Assembly (NCBI GenBank): GCA_040954595.2
Contig: CM082597.2
Span: 5,709,244-5,773,243, forward strand
Source of the DNA: Balanoglossus misakiensis
Taxonomy: Eukaryota; Animalia; Hemichordata
Direction: 5' to 3'
Length of the DNA: 64,000 bases
The notes below the pieces were generated by a model. The model was not told the origin of the DNA, made no database searches, and saw only the letters and a list, made by a program, of their open reading frames with translations. The position numbers were made by a program, and so were the translations under genes. Below, one piece after another: positions 26,201-38,365 of this stretch (positions are counted from its first letter, which is position 1; the number at the start of each line of letters is the position of its first letter).

Positions 26201-29200
26201 AAATCGATTAAACTATCGATCGAGTGATTGACTTATTGACTGACTGACTGATCGATAATATTGATTATTCGTCATTCGATAACCCATTGATTGTGGTAGA
26301 TTGATCAATTCAGGATACCATAGCACTGAGAGAAATGGCACCATAGCAAACATACACACTTGCAGACAGGAAAAGTTTAACTATTTGTGGATTTACCTAA
26401 GATAATCAGTTCGGCAGATGATCGCAATGTCTCGTATCTCTCCGACAGTTTGATCTGCACATAACAATCGTATGCGCCTGCGTCATCTGACGTCACGTTA
26501 TGGATGATACAGTCTCCTGTTCGCGTGCTTCCATATCGAGCGCCGTTCCTCGACGTCAGCCCGAAGTTGTTCTCGTCCGGTTTCCTGTCGGCAGAACCGA
26601 CGGCGACGCTCTCTGTCAGAATCAATTGACTCCCGCTTCGTCGCCAGACGATGGTGATTTTTGTGTAGTGCCCCAGTCGGGGACTTATCGTGTAGAGGCA
26701 TCGTAGTGTCACCGAGTCGCGCGGTGCGGTGACGTCACCCTTGCAGCTCACTGCACAGAACACCGCCAACACTAATACAAGAAAAAGCAAACGACAAATC
26801 AATAAATCAGTTATTTACTTCATACAATGTAAGATATGCTATAAAACCCAAATTTAAGGGAGCCTTCAGTACTTACAGGTAGTGGGCTGGGGTGATTAAG
26901 CGTACACCTGGACTCTAAAATGTGACCCTCCCCCATATCCGATATTGTAAAACCTGACCCCCCCCCCCCCCCATCCCACCACTTTGGGACATTTTGCACC
27001 ATGATATACAGTACACTGATGTATTGTGTTTGCAATCAACACATAGCAAGGGATCTTTAATATTAACTATTTCACCACCATGATTTGTCTTTAATCTAAT
27101 GTATATATTGTTTTATATGGCAAAGTTGGACCTCTACTCAGGCAACTTGGGGTGAAAGTGTTTAACATGCCAGAAGCTGTTAATATTGGTCCATGATGAT
27201 GATGATGATGATGGTGGTGGTGGCTATGGGGGTTGTGGTGGTGGTTTTGGTGGTGGTGGCGGCGTGGGTGGTGGTAATGATGATGATGGTGATCGCACTG
27301 ATGTGTAATTGAGTAGAATCTCCAGTTTAAGGCCAGTGGTAAATATCAGCATGATTGGAGTTAGCCCTGCGTACAGGTCTGCGTGCTCCCGGCGTTACAC
27401 GGCCTCAACTGTACCACAGGCCGTGTAACGCCGGGAACACACAGACCTGTGCGCAGGGCTTGATTGCAGTGAGCGTGCTCTGATTGTTGTGATCTCGTAC
27501 TAAACTCCAGCCAAAAGCAAACACTCAAGGCGTAGCAAGAGATAAGAATTGTTGCTATGAACGACTAACCGTGCACAACCGTGACATTGAAAAACACAGG
27601 CAAACCACACGCCAAGCGACCAGTGGGCTAATCCAGATACACGCATAAAAGGAGACAATACTTCCGCCCATTATATCGTGGTGTTCACTTGTGTTGTTTG
27701 CATTAAGGCCTCTAGAGCTGCCAAATAGAGATGGGAATCATGATGGTTTGGTAGTATGACTATTCAAGCATGCAACTACAGTGGAGTGCAAACTGGTATG
27801 TACGATGACTATTTATCTGGTTACGGTAGTTTTTATTTTTATAAGGCAAAAAATTTCAAAGAAAAACTTTCAAAGAATGTTATGCATTTTATATAATGGT
27901 GTGGCAATTATATAATGCGTCCACTCTATTAACATTTCAAGTTGAGGCATTTAACTTTTATGACGAATTTCACACTAAGGTCACCCTGTTTCCTCAATAT
28001 AGTACTCGAATGTTTACAAAGCTGACCGATTATTTCGCTTGAAACCATTCACTCTTTAAAGTTCTTTGTGTAAATGGAAACTGGGTGAATGTATTAGTTC
28101 TGCATTTCTTTTCTTCGCTCTTTATAATCGACGGGAAAACTTCCTTTTTTCCTGACAAAGCCAGCGGCGTTGGTTTAATGGATGGTGTTGGGTCACGTCC
28201 GTCGGTGGACACTGACCCCACAGTCAATCGCGTAGTCACTCCATCTATTAGACTGGCCCACTAGTCGCTTGGTGATTTTTAAATCTCAATACTTTTTGTG
28301 TTTTCGGTGTATTTTTTTGTCTTAATAGATAATTTCAATACTTTGTGCGTGCATGCTTGCCTTGAGCATGTTTTTTGGTAGTGAGGTGAGTTTCGAATTC
28401 GCGACTGAGCTTGTGGTTTTGGGTATGGGCCTACGCGTTCCCTACACATAATGAAGCCCATAGACTTGGAGCGAGTCTATCCATCCATGTACAACTACAT
28501 TGACCCCCCCAAAAAAGACTGTATCTTCACGGTCTAGGTGTTTTTAAGACAGAATGTCAATCTGTCTGCATAAATCTTCGGTGTTTCTCAAACATGACGG
28601 CGGGTCGATTGAGTCTAGGCCAACATTATGAAATCATCGAGCAGAGAAGGGAACACGTCGGCGCGCACGATGCCCTACAGGGGATCTGAATGCGCACATC
28701 TGTCCCCTAAAATTCGCGACGCGTGACAAATAACTCAACGAGGAACATTGCTGCAGTTTTGTAGCCCCACGACTCCCCTTGACGATGTGAGGCGGCTCCC
28801 TATCCAAAACAAAAATCGTCAAGGTGGGTCGTGCGGCTACAAAACTGCAACAACGAGGAACCCAACTATGCACGTCTGACTACATGCCTGTAAACTGATC
28901 CCCAATGCCATTTCTGGCCTCTCAACACCAGGAAAAACACGTCGAACGAAAATTCCGGATCCTGATCTATAAAAACAACTGGGGCTAGACCCAGTCACGA
29001 TTCAGGTCGTGTGCTCGTTGGCTAGAATCAACAGACTGTGTTGAAGTCAAATCTTTTATTTGATATAAACTTCTGCTTTTTCTGTGATTCTTGTTTATAG
29101 TGTAATGAGACACACCTTGCAAAGCGCTTCTATAAACACTGTGGAAGTGTACAACTTTCTCACCTTCAGTGGTAGAACTGACATTATCGTTACTGCATGA

Positions 29201-30749
29201 TGTATCAGTCAAAAAAACTGATCAATTCCCGCATAGCCTAAAACATCACGCCCTGTGCACTACTCCCAAAGTTGTACGCTCGCACCCATACAAATGATTG
29301 ACACGTTAATTTATGCACGATATTATTTTGGCGTACCTGGAGCATTCGAGTGTTGTTCACCGTTCGAACTGTGCGCGCATTCAAGCTTGCTGAGTTGAGG
29401 CACGTTCACTGGATGAGTATATATGCTTGGATTGTGGAAGCGGCCGCGGGGACACTACACATGAAATGTAGAATCCGGAACTCAGGTCCAGACCACCTGT
29501 TGGAGTTCCGCTTGATGCGCACGTATCGAGGTGAAAGGTCACGCGATAGCCCAGTATATCGTTTTATGCAAACACCATGTACAAATACAAGCTACTCGAG
29601 AGCAGTGTTTGTAGAGACCTGGTTTATTCGTGTGGTAATAAGTCTGCTTGTCGTAGTATAAACTGGTCGAATATATCTTTGTGATTTTGTGAGTAAGATT
29701 TCCAACAGCATATGAACGAACACGGAGGTAGAGAGAGAGAGAGAGTAGCTGCAATGATTGTAGCGGGTGCTGCTAGGTTGACTGGTGTGTTCGCAGTTAT
29801 GCGAGAGAGAGTTGTCACAGCGACTTCAGTGTGATGCGAATCTCCTGGCTTAGTTTAACTACCCAATATTTTAAGACAAATACGGACCTTTTAAATTGGT
29901 TCAAACTGAATCAAGATATCAGCGGACCTACAGTTATTTATTGTCTGAATCGCGTTTGACGTCCGTCTGTGCAGGCATGCAAACACACACACCAGGTGCG
30001 TCCCAGACACTAACAGTCGTACACGATACATAAATAATGTGGCTATGCCGCGCACGTCTGTGTATCTCGTGCAAACAAACTCTGGTCAGCGGACGGTCTC
30101 TCCTTTCTGCGCGAGAGACCTTGACGAACGCAGCCCACGCTATCCAATGTTTACAAACAAGCATAGCGTGGTTAGTCTGCAACGCCGGCAGGCAGAAATA
30201 AGTTGATCCTATGAAACCGTTTCTGATCGTGCTATTTCCATGACTTCACTCAAGCATTCTAAAAAAGACGCTTACATTTGAATCACACGTCGTTTCCCCG
30301 TGTCATAAGGTGACTCCCGTTTGCTATCCCGATTATTTTCCGAAGTCTATTTCCCAGTATGCGGAATTACCTTTCAAAGCTGTTTACTATACAGATACAT
30401 TGATTTGATTGGACTTGGTTCCTTATTTCTGCAAGCCCGTTGTACAGACTTTAGTGATCAGAGACAAATTTGTTTCCACAAACAATACTCACTTCTATTT
30501 AAAAAATATACTTATCCAGTGTTTATCAAATTTTGGCCGAGAAACAACGGCCAGAAAACGTACATCGTCCCATAATGATTTTAACGCTAAGTGGGCACAT
30601 TATAGATTTGTAATCTTGTGTGCACACGCGGAAATCTAGCCGTTGTGGGCAGTTTCCGAGTCGCCCGCACCGAACGGAAAACAGTGACGGTTTCAATTTG
30701 GCCACTTACCGGCAACAAGAGTGAAATCAATCCGTTTGCTCGGTTCCAT
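22082..30749 (-). CDS. Receptor tyrosine kinase, single Ig ectodomain, Ret/FGFR-like kinase (~694 aa)
   Basis: 11 phase-consistent exons: 30710-30749 ([13 protein letters not shown]), 26397-26771 (rest of signal peptide plus Ig: [14 protein letters not shown]), 25683-25990 (S/T stalk, TM, RRKK), 25164-25247, 24336-24801 ([13 protein letters not shown]), 24094-24210, 23717-23898, 23241-23363 ([11 protein letters not shown]), 22825-23033 ([16 protein letters not shown]), 22286-22385 ([10 protein letters not shown]), 22082-22162 (YVNL, TGA). Confidence 0.92.
22481..22808. mobile_element. Kolobok-like MITE (family with three copies in the window)
   Basis: (A)TAA|AGCCTCTAGAGCTGCCA...TGGCAGCTCTAAAGGCT|TTAA. 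Homologous copies at 36067-36412 and 42412-42759, and a left-end fragment at ~27703. Confidence 0.75.
26130..26310. repeat. (TGAT/TGAC)n degenerate microsatellite
   Basis: ATTGATTGATTG runs in an RTK intron. Confidence 0.7.
27194..27292. repeat. (GAT)n/(GGT)n microsatellite
   Basis: Direct inspection; lies in RTK intron 1. Confidence 0.75.
27362..27461. mobile_element. 100-bp hairpin MITE, AcademH-like
   Basis: TAGCCCTGCGTACAGGTCTG...CAGACCTGTGCGCAGGGCT near-perfect hairpin with 9-bp TSD GATTGGAGT/GATTGCAGT. Confidence 0.65.
28249..28479 (-). mobile_element. AcademH-like MITE
   Basis: TAGACT...AGTCTA termini with 9-bp TSD TCCATCTAT/TCCATCCAT. It is the reverse-complement homologue of 36814-37061. 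Confidence 0.7.
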
Positions 30750-31869
30750 CGTCGCACAATGTGAACCCGCCTGGTTTTCTATCATATGCATCGGAATCAG
30801 ACCCACGAAGATTCCTTCACAGCGCACTGGGCTAGACTCTTCAGCCAGTCCCTGCAGTCCGCGTACCCTATCTGGCACTAATTGCTCAAAATGAGGAACT
30901 CCGCTCCTTAGAAATGTCAGGAAATTTGCATATGAATAAGTAAACTGATAAGACCCGTTTTTTCCTATTAATCAATGACGGGTGTTTTTTCACGATGTAT
31001 GCATTGCTTAAAATTAATCTTATATTTAGTGGCCGAACACGCAAACAAGACAAAATAGATGTAAATTGATATATTGGATAATTGTTTTTCGAAATGGCTT
31101 CCGATGTTCGTACTTAAACAGCTGTCTGTGTTTCTGCAATATCTGTATAAGGAAGTCAGATTTAATCACCATGTTAATTTATACTCTATCTTTACTTGTT
31201 TGGGGAATAACGATTATTATTTTGACAAGACAAGTGTTTAGCTAATACTGTGTACAAGTACTAGAATTCGTTTGGAAGATCAAACCAGCATAAAACCACA
31301 AGAACACATGATAATTAAAACACACACAAAGTTTAATGACAACTTATAAAGACAACATCAAGCACTTACTCATTGGCAATCGGTATTATTTGTTTTCATT
31401 TCACAAGTCTACTGTAAATGTCTTGCTACGCTCTCTTGCCCGGCGTATCAATGGTATTCGCCGGAACTACAGGCAGCTAAGAAATGACATTTTGGTCTTG
31501 ATGTCCAGCTGAAATGCACACAACCCGAATTCACACCAAGAAAGGTGAAAGAAATTTCTATATGATGCGTTTATTTGCACGCCATTGCACCATACCTATT
31601 AGATATAATGGCACATAATCTTCAGTGACTTTAGTCCTGTATGTGTGTTAAAGTAACCATTCTATAGATAAGATTCATGCATGGGCTATTGATTAAAACA
31701 GTTTCCAAAAAAAAAGAAATGCAAAATAAAGAGTTGTATTGTTTGAAACTATCCCTATACAAAACACCTCCTTGCATAATGCCTGCTACCATCATTTATT
31801 ATAACTCAGATGGTTGATAGGCTTAGATATACAGAGGCTTTGGTCCAAACTAGGCACTTGACTTGGGCT

Positions 31870-33989
31870 TTAAAAGCCTGCAGTTAGCTTCCAGAATGAC
31901 ATTCCCAAGGTGACGGCCAGGGTCAGGAGGTTAAAGGTCAATGCAGCTGCGCCGTCGTCAACATTGCATAGGTCGCCATCACAGCAGGAAATGCAAATGT
32001 CGTTATCTACAAAAAAAGAAGAAGATGAGGTTAAAGTGAAACATCATTCTCGTCAGAATATGGACCAGAGAGGCTCACATATTGCTAAATTCAGTTCTAT
32101 TATACGAGAAATAAACATGAAAATATATAAAATAAAACACGAACTTAGCAATATGCTGCTCGCCTGTGGTCAAACGACTTTTTTGTCCCAACTAGCCCGT
32201 AGCATGGACCTGTGTATGCCCAACAAATGTTGTAATGGCCGGCGCTGTGTTAGGGTCATAGTCAAAGATTTGCAAAGCACTCAGAAATGTGGACTGCCTT
32301 CGCTTCCTTCCATATTTTATGCGCACCATGTAATTTAGACTTTAGTTTTGTCCCTTCTTTTCACCCAATTTGCTGTCTTTTCCCGATCTCCGAGACCGAC
32401 TATGGTCGCCGCCATCTTGTCTGTTGTTAGGACAACACACTGCTATGGCTCTGGTTTGGCACATGCGCATAAGACGATCGTCACCCTTGAATATGGCATC
32501 ACTATACTAGTACATACTGTACCTTTAATGTCTGAACCATATCCCTTCAGGCAACCATGATAACATTCTATACTGTCGACGCACTCTCGTGTAACACTAT
32601 ACCAAATCCTTGCATCAGTTACGAATACTGACGCCACCTACAAATAATACCATTAGTGCAGTATATTGTTAAAATTTCCAGTTAAAATATCATTGCTATT
32701 TCAGAGACAACTGGAACGTCTTTTTTTCAAACTTCAAAATGGTTTCACTCTCGTGTCTACAGGTGGGATGGAAGTTCGTGTATTTGAAAGTTGATTCACT
32801 ATATATCCACATGTAGAATAACATAAACGGTGTCATCAAACATAATTAATGGAAAAGGGGCAGCGAGAGAGAGACTTTGTCCCTTTAATCTAGACCTAGA
32901 CGGGGAATGTTTCATCCATTGTGAAGACTGAAGTCCACAGCTTAGTATAGTGTCGACTTGAGTCGATATGTATAACGGAACAATTTTCACCATATACGAT
33001 GCCAATTTTGGCTGTTTTAAATAGGTTTCACTTTGCGCTAGGGGGTCAAATCACATTGCATTCTGGGCTAAAAGTCGACAACCCACTGTAGTAAGAGATA
33101 GAATAAATGATATGTTTACTGTATTTCACGACTTCCTTGGGTCAAACATGTCTGTCTTTGTAGTTAGCATATTAAACTCATTAAACTTTTTTCACATTTT
33201 GTTATTTTTTCTGTTACAAAGTTTCAGAATGACCCAGTATCACTTTAGCTTATGAACTCCCATTTCTTAAACATGGCAAAAATCGGCCATCTTGAAATTG
33301 TGTCGACCACATGAGGTTTTCATCACTCACTTGGGTAGCTTAAAACCTGTTTAAGGTAGGGAGAATTTACCTGACATATCTGATCTGCTGCGCAGGTGGT
33401 TTCATAAGCGGCATTTTGGAAGTCTTCATAACAGTTGAGATCACCGGTAGAGGTTGGATAATAAGTGTGGCTGCAGTTGTAGCATTTGCTGGAGGATATG
33501 ACGTCACCGACGCACAGCAACACTGGAACAAAAATTGATGTGTGTTTGGCATTACATATTAACGTGTAATAGTGGCGTGTATAGTTCCCCGTGCTCGAAG
33601 GTTTCCCCGTGCCTTAGTCGATATCCCTGTACAAAGCACGCCATCGAAATAGACGCAGTGTAGGGGTTGGTAGACGGAGACTTGAGTGTCTAATACAGGT
33701 TACATCATAGCTGAGCTTTTTTACAACGTGTTTCCAAACAACTCCGTGTACAGACAACAGGTATTATGTTCACTGTAAAAATGGCCACGTCATGAAACAT
33801 AGGTCTCAACTGTGTCGACTCGTCTTTCTGTAATTGCCAGGTTCTCGCTACATAGTGTGTTTGCATGTTGTGATATAACCCAGAAATATGTAAACCTTTT
33901 TTCTGAAGACCGTTTTTCAAATTGAAGGGGATGTTTTGTCGCGTTCTTGTCATCTTACCTGTCAGTGTTACTAAAACCAGACGAATCAT
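31870..33989 (-). CDS. Ly6/uPAR (three-finger, quiver-like) GPI-anchored protein, 144 aa
   Basis: Phase-consistent exons: 33959-33989 (MIRLVLVTLT), 33371-33522 (VLLCVGDVISSSKCYNC...), 32523-32637 (..VTRECVDSIECYHGC..), 31870-32006 (ICISCCDGDLCN-VDDGAAALTFNLLTLAVTLGMSFW..). Signal peptide, CCxxDLCN motif and hydrophobic GPI tail are all present. Confidence 0.88.
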
Positions 33990-36066
33990 TCTGATAGTCG
34001 GATATGTGATTTTGTCAGATGAATTCTGCAAAGATAACCACGAATATATGTTGTTAACACTTTGATAACACATAATTAAACAGAGAATTATATAACAGTC
34101 AAAATTTGAATGAAAATAGGTTAATTCTAATAAATTATTTAACTTCAGAAGAATGTGTAGTCACAAAGAATAATTTCGACGTTTTATTATCTTCAGACTG
34201 GACATTTTATGTTGGTTAAAATTGTAGTTTCTTTCACGACCAAGGGACTGGTCGATCAAGAAACTGCGGTAGATAAACAAAGCAAAAATACTGAAAACAT
34301 ACCGAAAGGTTACAACTAATGCAATCATCATTAATTTGTAGGTAAAAATCGATTGATGTATTATTCAAGAGTGGAATCTAAACAAACAGTGGAATTTTCC
34401 ATGATCGATAAAATTGACGTTTAAGTTAAATTTGCCATATATGTGTTTAGAAATGTATGGATTTTTTATTATCTAGGGAAAGCTACTTGTCCAACACAAA
34501 ATATTGATACATTATCGATTACATGCATATTATGTGTCAATATAGTGCCTAAACGCTAGCTTATTATTTTCCAAAAGGCAAATAAGAAAGCTGCATTGAC
34601 ATCTAATTTATTTAAGTACTTATGAGTAACGTGTGCACTGGAGTAGGCGATAGTGCGGATAAAATAACGGGGAGGCTTGTCACGTGTGTTGGTGTTAATC
34701 GTGCCATCGATATGTTTACCGTCCACTTGAAGCTTGTAAAGAACAAGGGTAATGTTAAAGATCTTGCTGCAGTGCCGGTATATTATATTTTCTATGTGTA
34801 ATTATTAACCATTTTTGATGGATTAGGCAATTACAACCTTTGTCAGTGGATATCATTTCAGTCAGATACAAATTTGGACACTTTTTTCAAGTTGGACTAT
34901 ACAGTCCAATCAGTGCAAGGAGGAAATACGCTCAAGCAACTATCACAGTTATCTATTATAGATAACAATGAAGAACACTAGACTGATAGTTTGACAGCAC
35001 TTCACACTAACTCGATGATGACCATAATGGTGGCATTTAATTCAATTAGGCTTACTGAATAGTCTTTCTCGTTCGTGTGCATATTCATCTCCCGTTACGT
35101 AACCTATTAACGCGCCCGTTAGCTCGTGGCGCGTGACGTATCACAGGTTCTCGTAGGTGTTTACCGTAACGTTGCTTGGATAGCCGTTCGACGTCAGGGC
35201 CGGCCGAAGCAATGTTGCTTTTGAACCTGTTTGACGCGCCGAAATCAGGGTTCATATTTAGGGCCGTTCGCTGCTAACACTGTCTTGACTCACCCGAATT
35301 CTCGAGAAACGCTTTAAGGAGTGCGATTAAATGGAGGTCACGGTGACCCAAAGAAAACGTATAGATAAGAATGGACAATTCATTTTGGCGAGATTTTCAC
35401 TCTCATATCCTACAAATGGGATGGAAGTTGTGTGAGAATTTCTAGTGTCATTTTTGTGGAAGAGATCTCTTTTTTGAGGTATTGGGATTCACGAGGCTCT
35501 GGAACATCGCGTAGGCACTCATATGACGCGAAACCTGTGGAGATCGTCTAAGCTACTTTTTAGTGTTTTTGGCCACTTGGACTAACTCTACAATGATAAG
35601 ACTAACACAGCAACGTTACAAACGCTTGTGATTGGGAACGTGCACAAATGCATGATGTGCTATCACCGGGTACTCGATCCACCCGACCCGGTGACAGTCA
35701 ATGTCAACTCACCTACAACCTTCCTCTCACGCAGCGAAAGTGCAGTCTCCAACTAGATTCCTGACGAGCAGAAAGTCTATTTATGCATTGGTGGCGAGCA
35801 TGCGCTGCTCATCATGATTATCAAAATACTCTCACCCCTCCCCCCCCCCCCCCACTTGCGCTCTTTAATATGGTAATTAATTTGTCAGCCAAAAGACGAC
35901 ACTATTGTTCATAGGGCACGTACGGCTTTGAATCAATTATCACATGATTTTAACGTGTGCCATTGTTCACTGGTCACATGACCCAATGGCTGCATGTGAA
36001 TTGAAAACTAGAGAGTGAAACTATACAATGTATAATGAAAGAAATTCACACATGATCTTGGCTTGA

Positions 36067-36412
36067 AGCCCCTATAGCTGCCAAATTTCACATATTTATT
36101 TTCCTCAATAAAATACTTCAAATATATTCCCTATCCTCAAAAATCTTCACCATTAAGCCATATTACTTGCATATCAGTTTGTCATCTCTTAGTGACGCAT
36201 ACCACGATAGCTGCGTACTGTTTGTATGGAGGCTGATTAAATTGTTGCGGCACCGATTTAATACATAGCGTGATCAAATTGCAACATGCAGTCACAATCA
36301 GGTATCGATAAGATGTTCATGTATACCTATCAGTAAGCTTAATTTGATGGACCAATTTAAGTTGGAAAATAAAATCATGAAAATAATGCAAAAAGTGGCA
36401 GCTCTATAGGCT
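36067..36412. mobile_element. Kolobok-like MITE copy
   Basis: AGCCCCTATAGCTGCCA...TGGCAGCTCTATAGGCT|TTAA. It occupies the same site in unit B, so it predates the duplication. Confidence 0.75.
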
Positions 36413-36813
36413 TTAAGCATAGCTACTCCGACTTTTTGCTTTTTGGAAAGAAAATTATTAGTGCAATTGTATTGAAAATGTTATGTTATTGTTAATGTCC
36501 AATGTTACTATTATGTAATCATACCAGGAACATCATAGTTTCAACCTCTTTTTATCCTACAGTTACTCTAAAACCATGTTTGCTTGAGCTGGGATGTAGT
36601 AAATCGGTATATGCGTCACGTTCGAGACATTTAAACGAGGATACTTTCATATTCTTTGTCACTTATTATCTCCTTTCTATTTTGGGGGTCGGGAACAATA
36701 GCTGATGACGCGTGTCAGACCTGACGTGTGAAGTGCATTGTTTCAGGGTGATTAAACTGGGCGTGGTTATGTCACATGAGCTGGACACTGCAGTAACAGG
36801 GTCCGGCCGTGAC

Positions 36814-37061
36814 TAGACTTGCTCCAAGCATACATGCTCCAAGTCTATGGGCTTCATTATGTCACAGACAAATGTGTAGGGAACGCGTAGGCGCATAACC
36901 ACAAGCTCAGTCCCAAATTCGAAACTCGCCTCATTACCAAAAACACGCTCAAGGCAAGCATGCACACAAAAAGTATTGAATTTTTTATTAACACAAAAAA
37001 CACCGAAAACACAAAAAGTATTGAGATTTAAAAATCACCAAGCGACTAGTGGGCTTGTCTA
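36814..37061 (+). mobile_element. AcademH-like MITE
   Basis: TAGACTTG...CTTGTCTA with 9-bp TSD GGCCGTGAC/GGCTGTGAC. The empty site GGCTGTGACG is visible in unit B at ~43161. Confidence 0.75.
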
Positions 37062-38365
37062 GGCTGTGACGTCAACAAGTTGGAAACGAAACAATTACAT
37101 GCAGTACCACGGTTATAAATAGCACTGGTGACAAACATTGCGCGTGAAAAAAAAGTGAATAACATCGTTGATATGGCTAGACTCTTATTCTGTGTATCAA
37201 ACTGCTGTAGTTCTTATTGATACGATCGATTTTGTAAGAACCTTTGTTTTGGGAGATGAGTTACGTGCAACACCTGCTGCTATAGTTTATGAGACGACCT
37301 TCAGTATGTCAATTGACAGTGTTCACTTTAATTCGTCATTACGTAACAGTCTCCCCCAGGGACCTAACTGTTGCATTCAGTGAGTATCCGTTGGATACAG
37401 TGTTTTTATAATTACAATATCAATCGCCTAGATATTTCAAGCCCGTCAGGCACGTGACTGCAGCTGTTTATCCATGTGTGTATATCCCTTGGCTACTGTA
37501 CTATGCTGATCTGTAGTGAACGAGGGCGGGTTGTAAAAAAGAAAAGACAATGTCCCAGTTGTTTCTATGCTGATTTAAAATTCTCACTGAGTATTATGTG
37601 GATGCTACTAACGAGAAAAATGAAACAACAATAGAAGAACCATTGTCAAAAATTAATCAACCGAGGTTCTAAATTCTTGTGTATCTCCATATCGCACGGT
37701 CGTTTGCTTTACCACAGTTTCCCCAGAGCAAGACCTTGGTGGGCGACGATGGCATATCTCATGGGTGACTTTGTATATCTCGTTACCAAATTCTTGATCT
37801 CCAAATAGTTGCATTCCCTTTCTCTTGGTTTTCTGTATTTTTGTTTTGTGTGGCAACTGCAGTTTCTTTATCGAATGTCCAATGCGTGATCAAATGTCTG
37901 GTGTATCCAGTTTATTTACAAAACTTGTTTGGACTTCAGACTACCGTGTGAGTCGAGTACGAGCGAGAGGGTCAGAGAATTTCTGGTTATGGCGCCCTCA
38001 TTCGGAGGAAGTTGGAGGTATCCAGTTTTCCTTGGGTCAGACGTCACGTCCTGCAAACACAAAGACGGCGGCGAGCTAGCGTCAGAATAAGAATCGAGCT
38101 CATCTGCAAAACACTCGCCCCACAGATTTCTTACCCAGCGCAACCTGCAATTCTTGCACGTTCTACAAGAAGAACTCTGGCTCTGAGATGGCCTTCAAAA
38201 ATCACGGGAAACTGTCTGAGTGGCGACAGATTCACAACTTGAAAGGTCGGGCGAATACTAGTCTGAGTCTGATTCCGACGCTAACTTAAACTTCGCATAC
38301 GCGCCATCCACGCACCCGTTAGGTAAAGATCTTGGACTGGCAAAATTTGTATCGCTGACCCAGAA

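Noticed and set aside
31910-32338. 142-aa plus-strand ORF
   Set aside because: Antisense to the Ly6 last exon and intron, non-ATG start and no recognisable domain.
35090-35300. CpG-rich patch with TGACGT motifs, possible promoter
   Set aside because: Cannot be linked to a transcript or distinguished from a repeat fragment using sequence alone.
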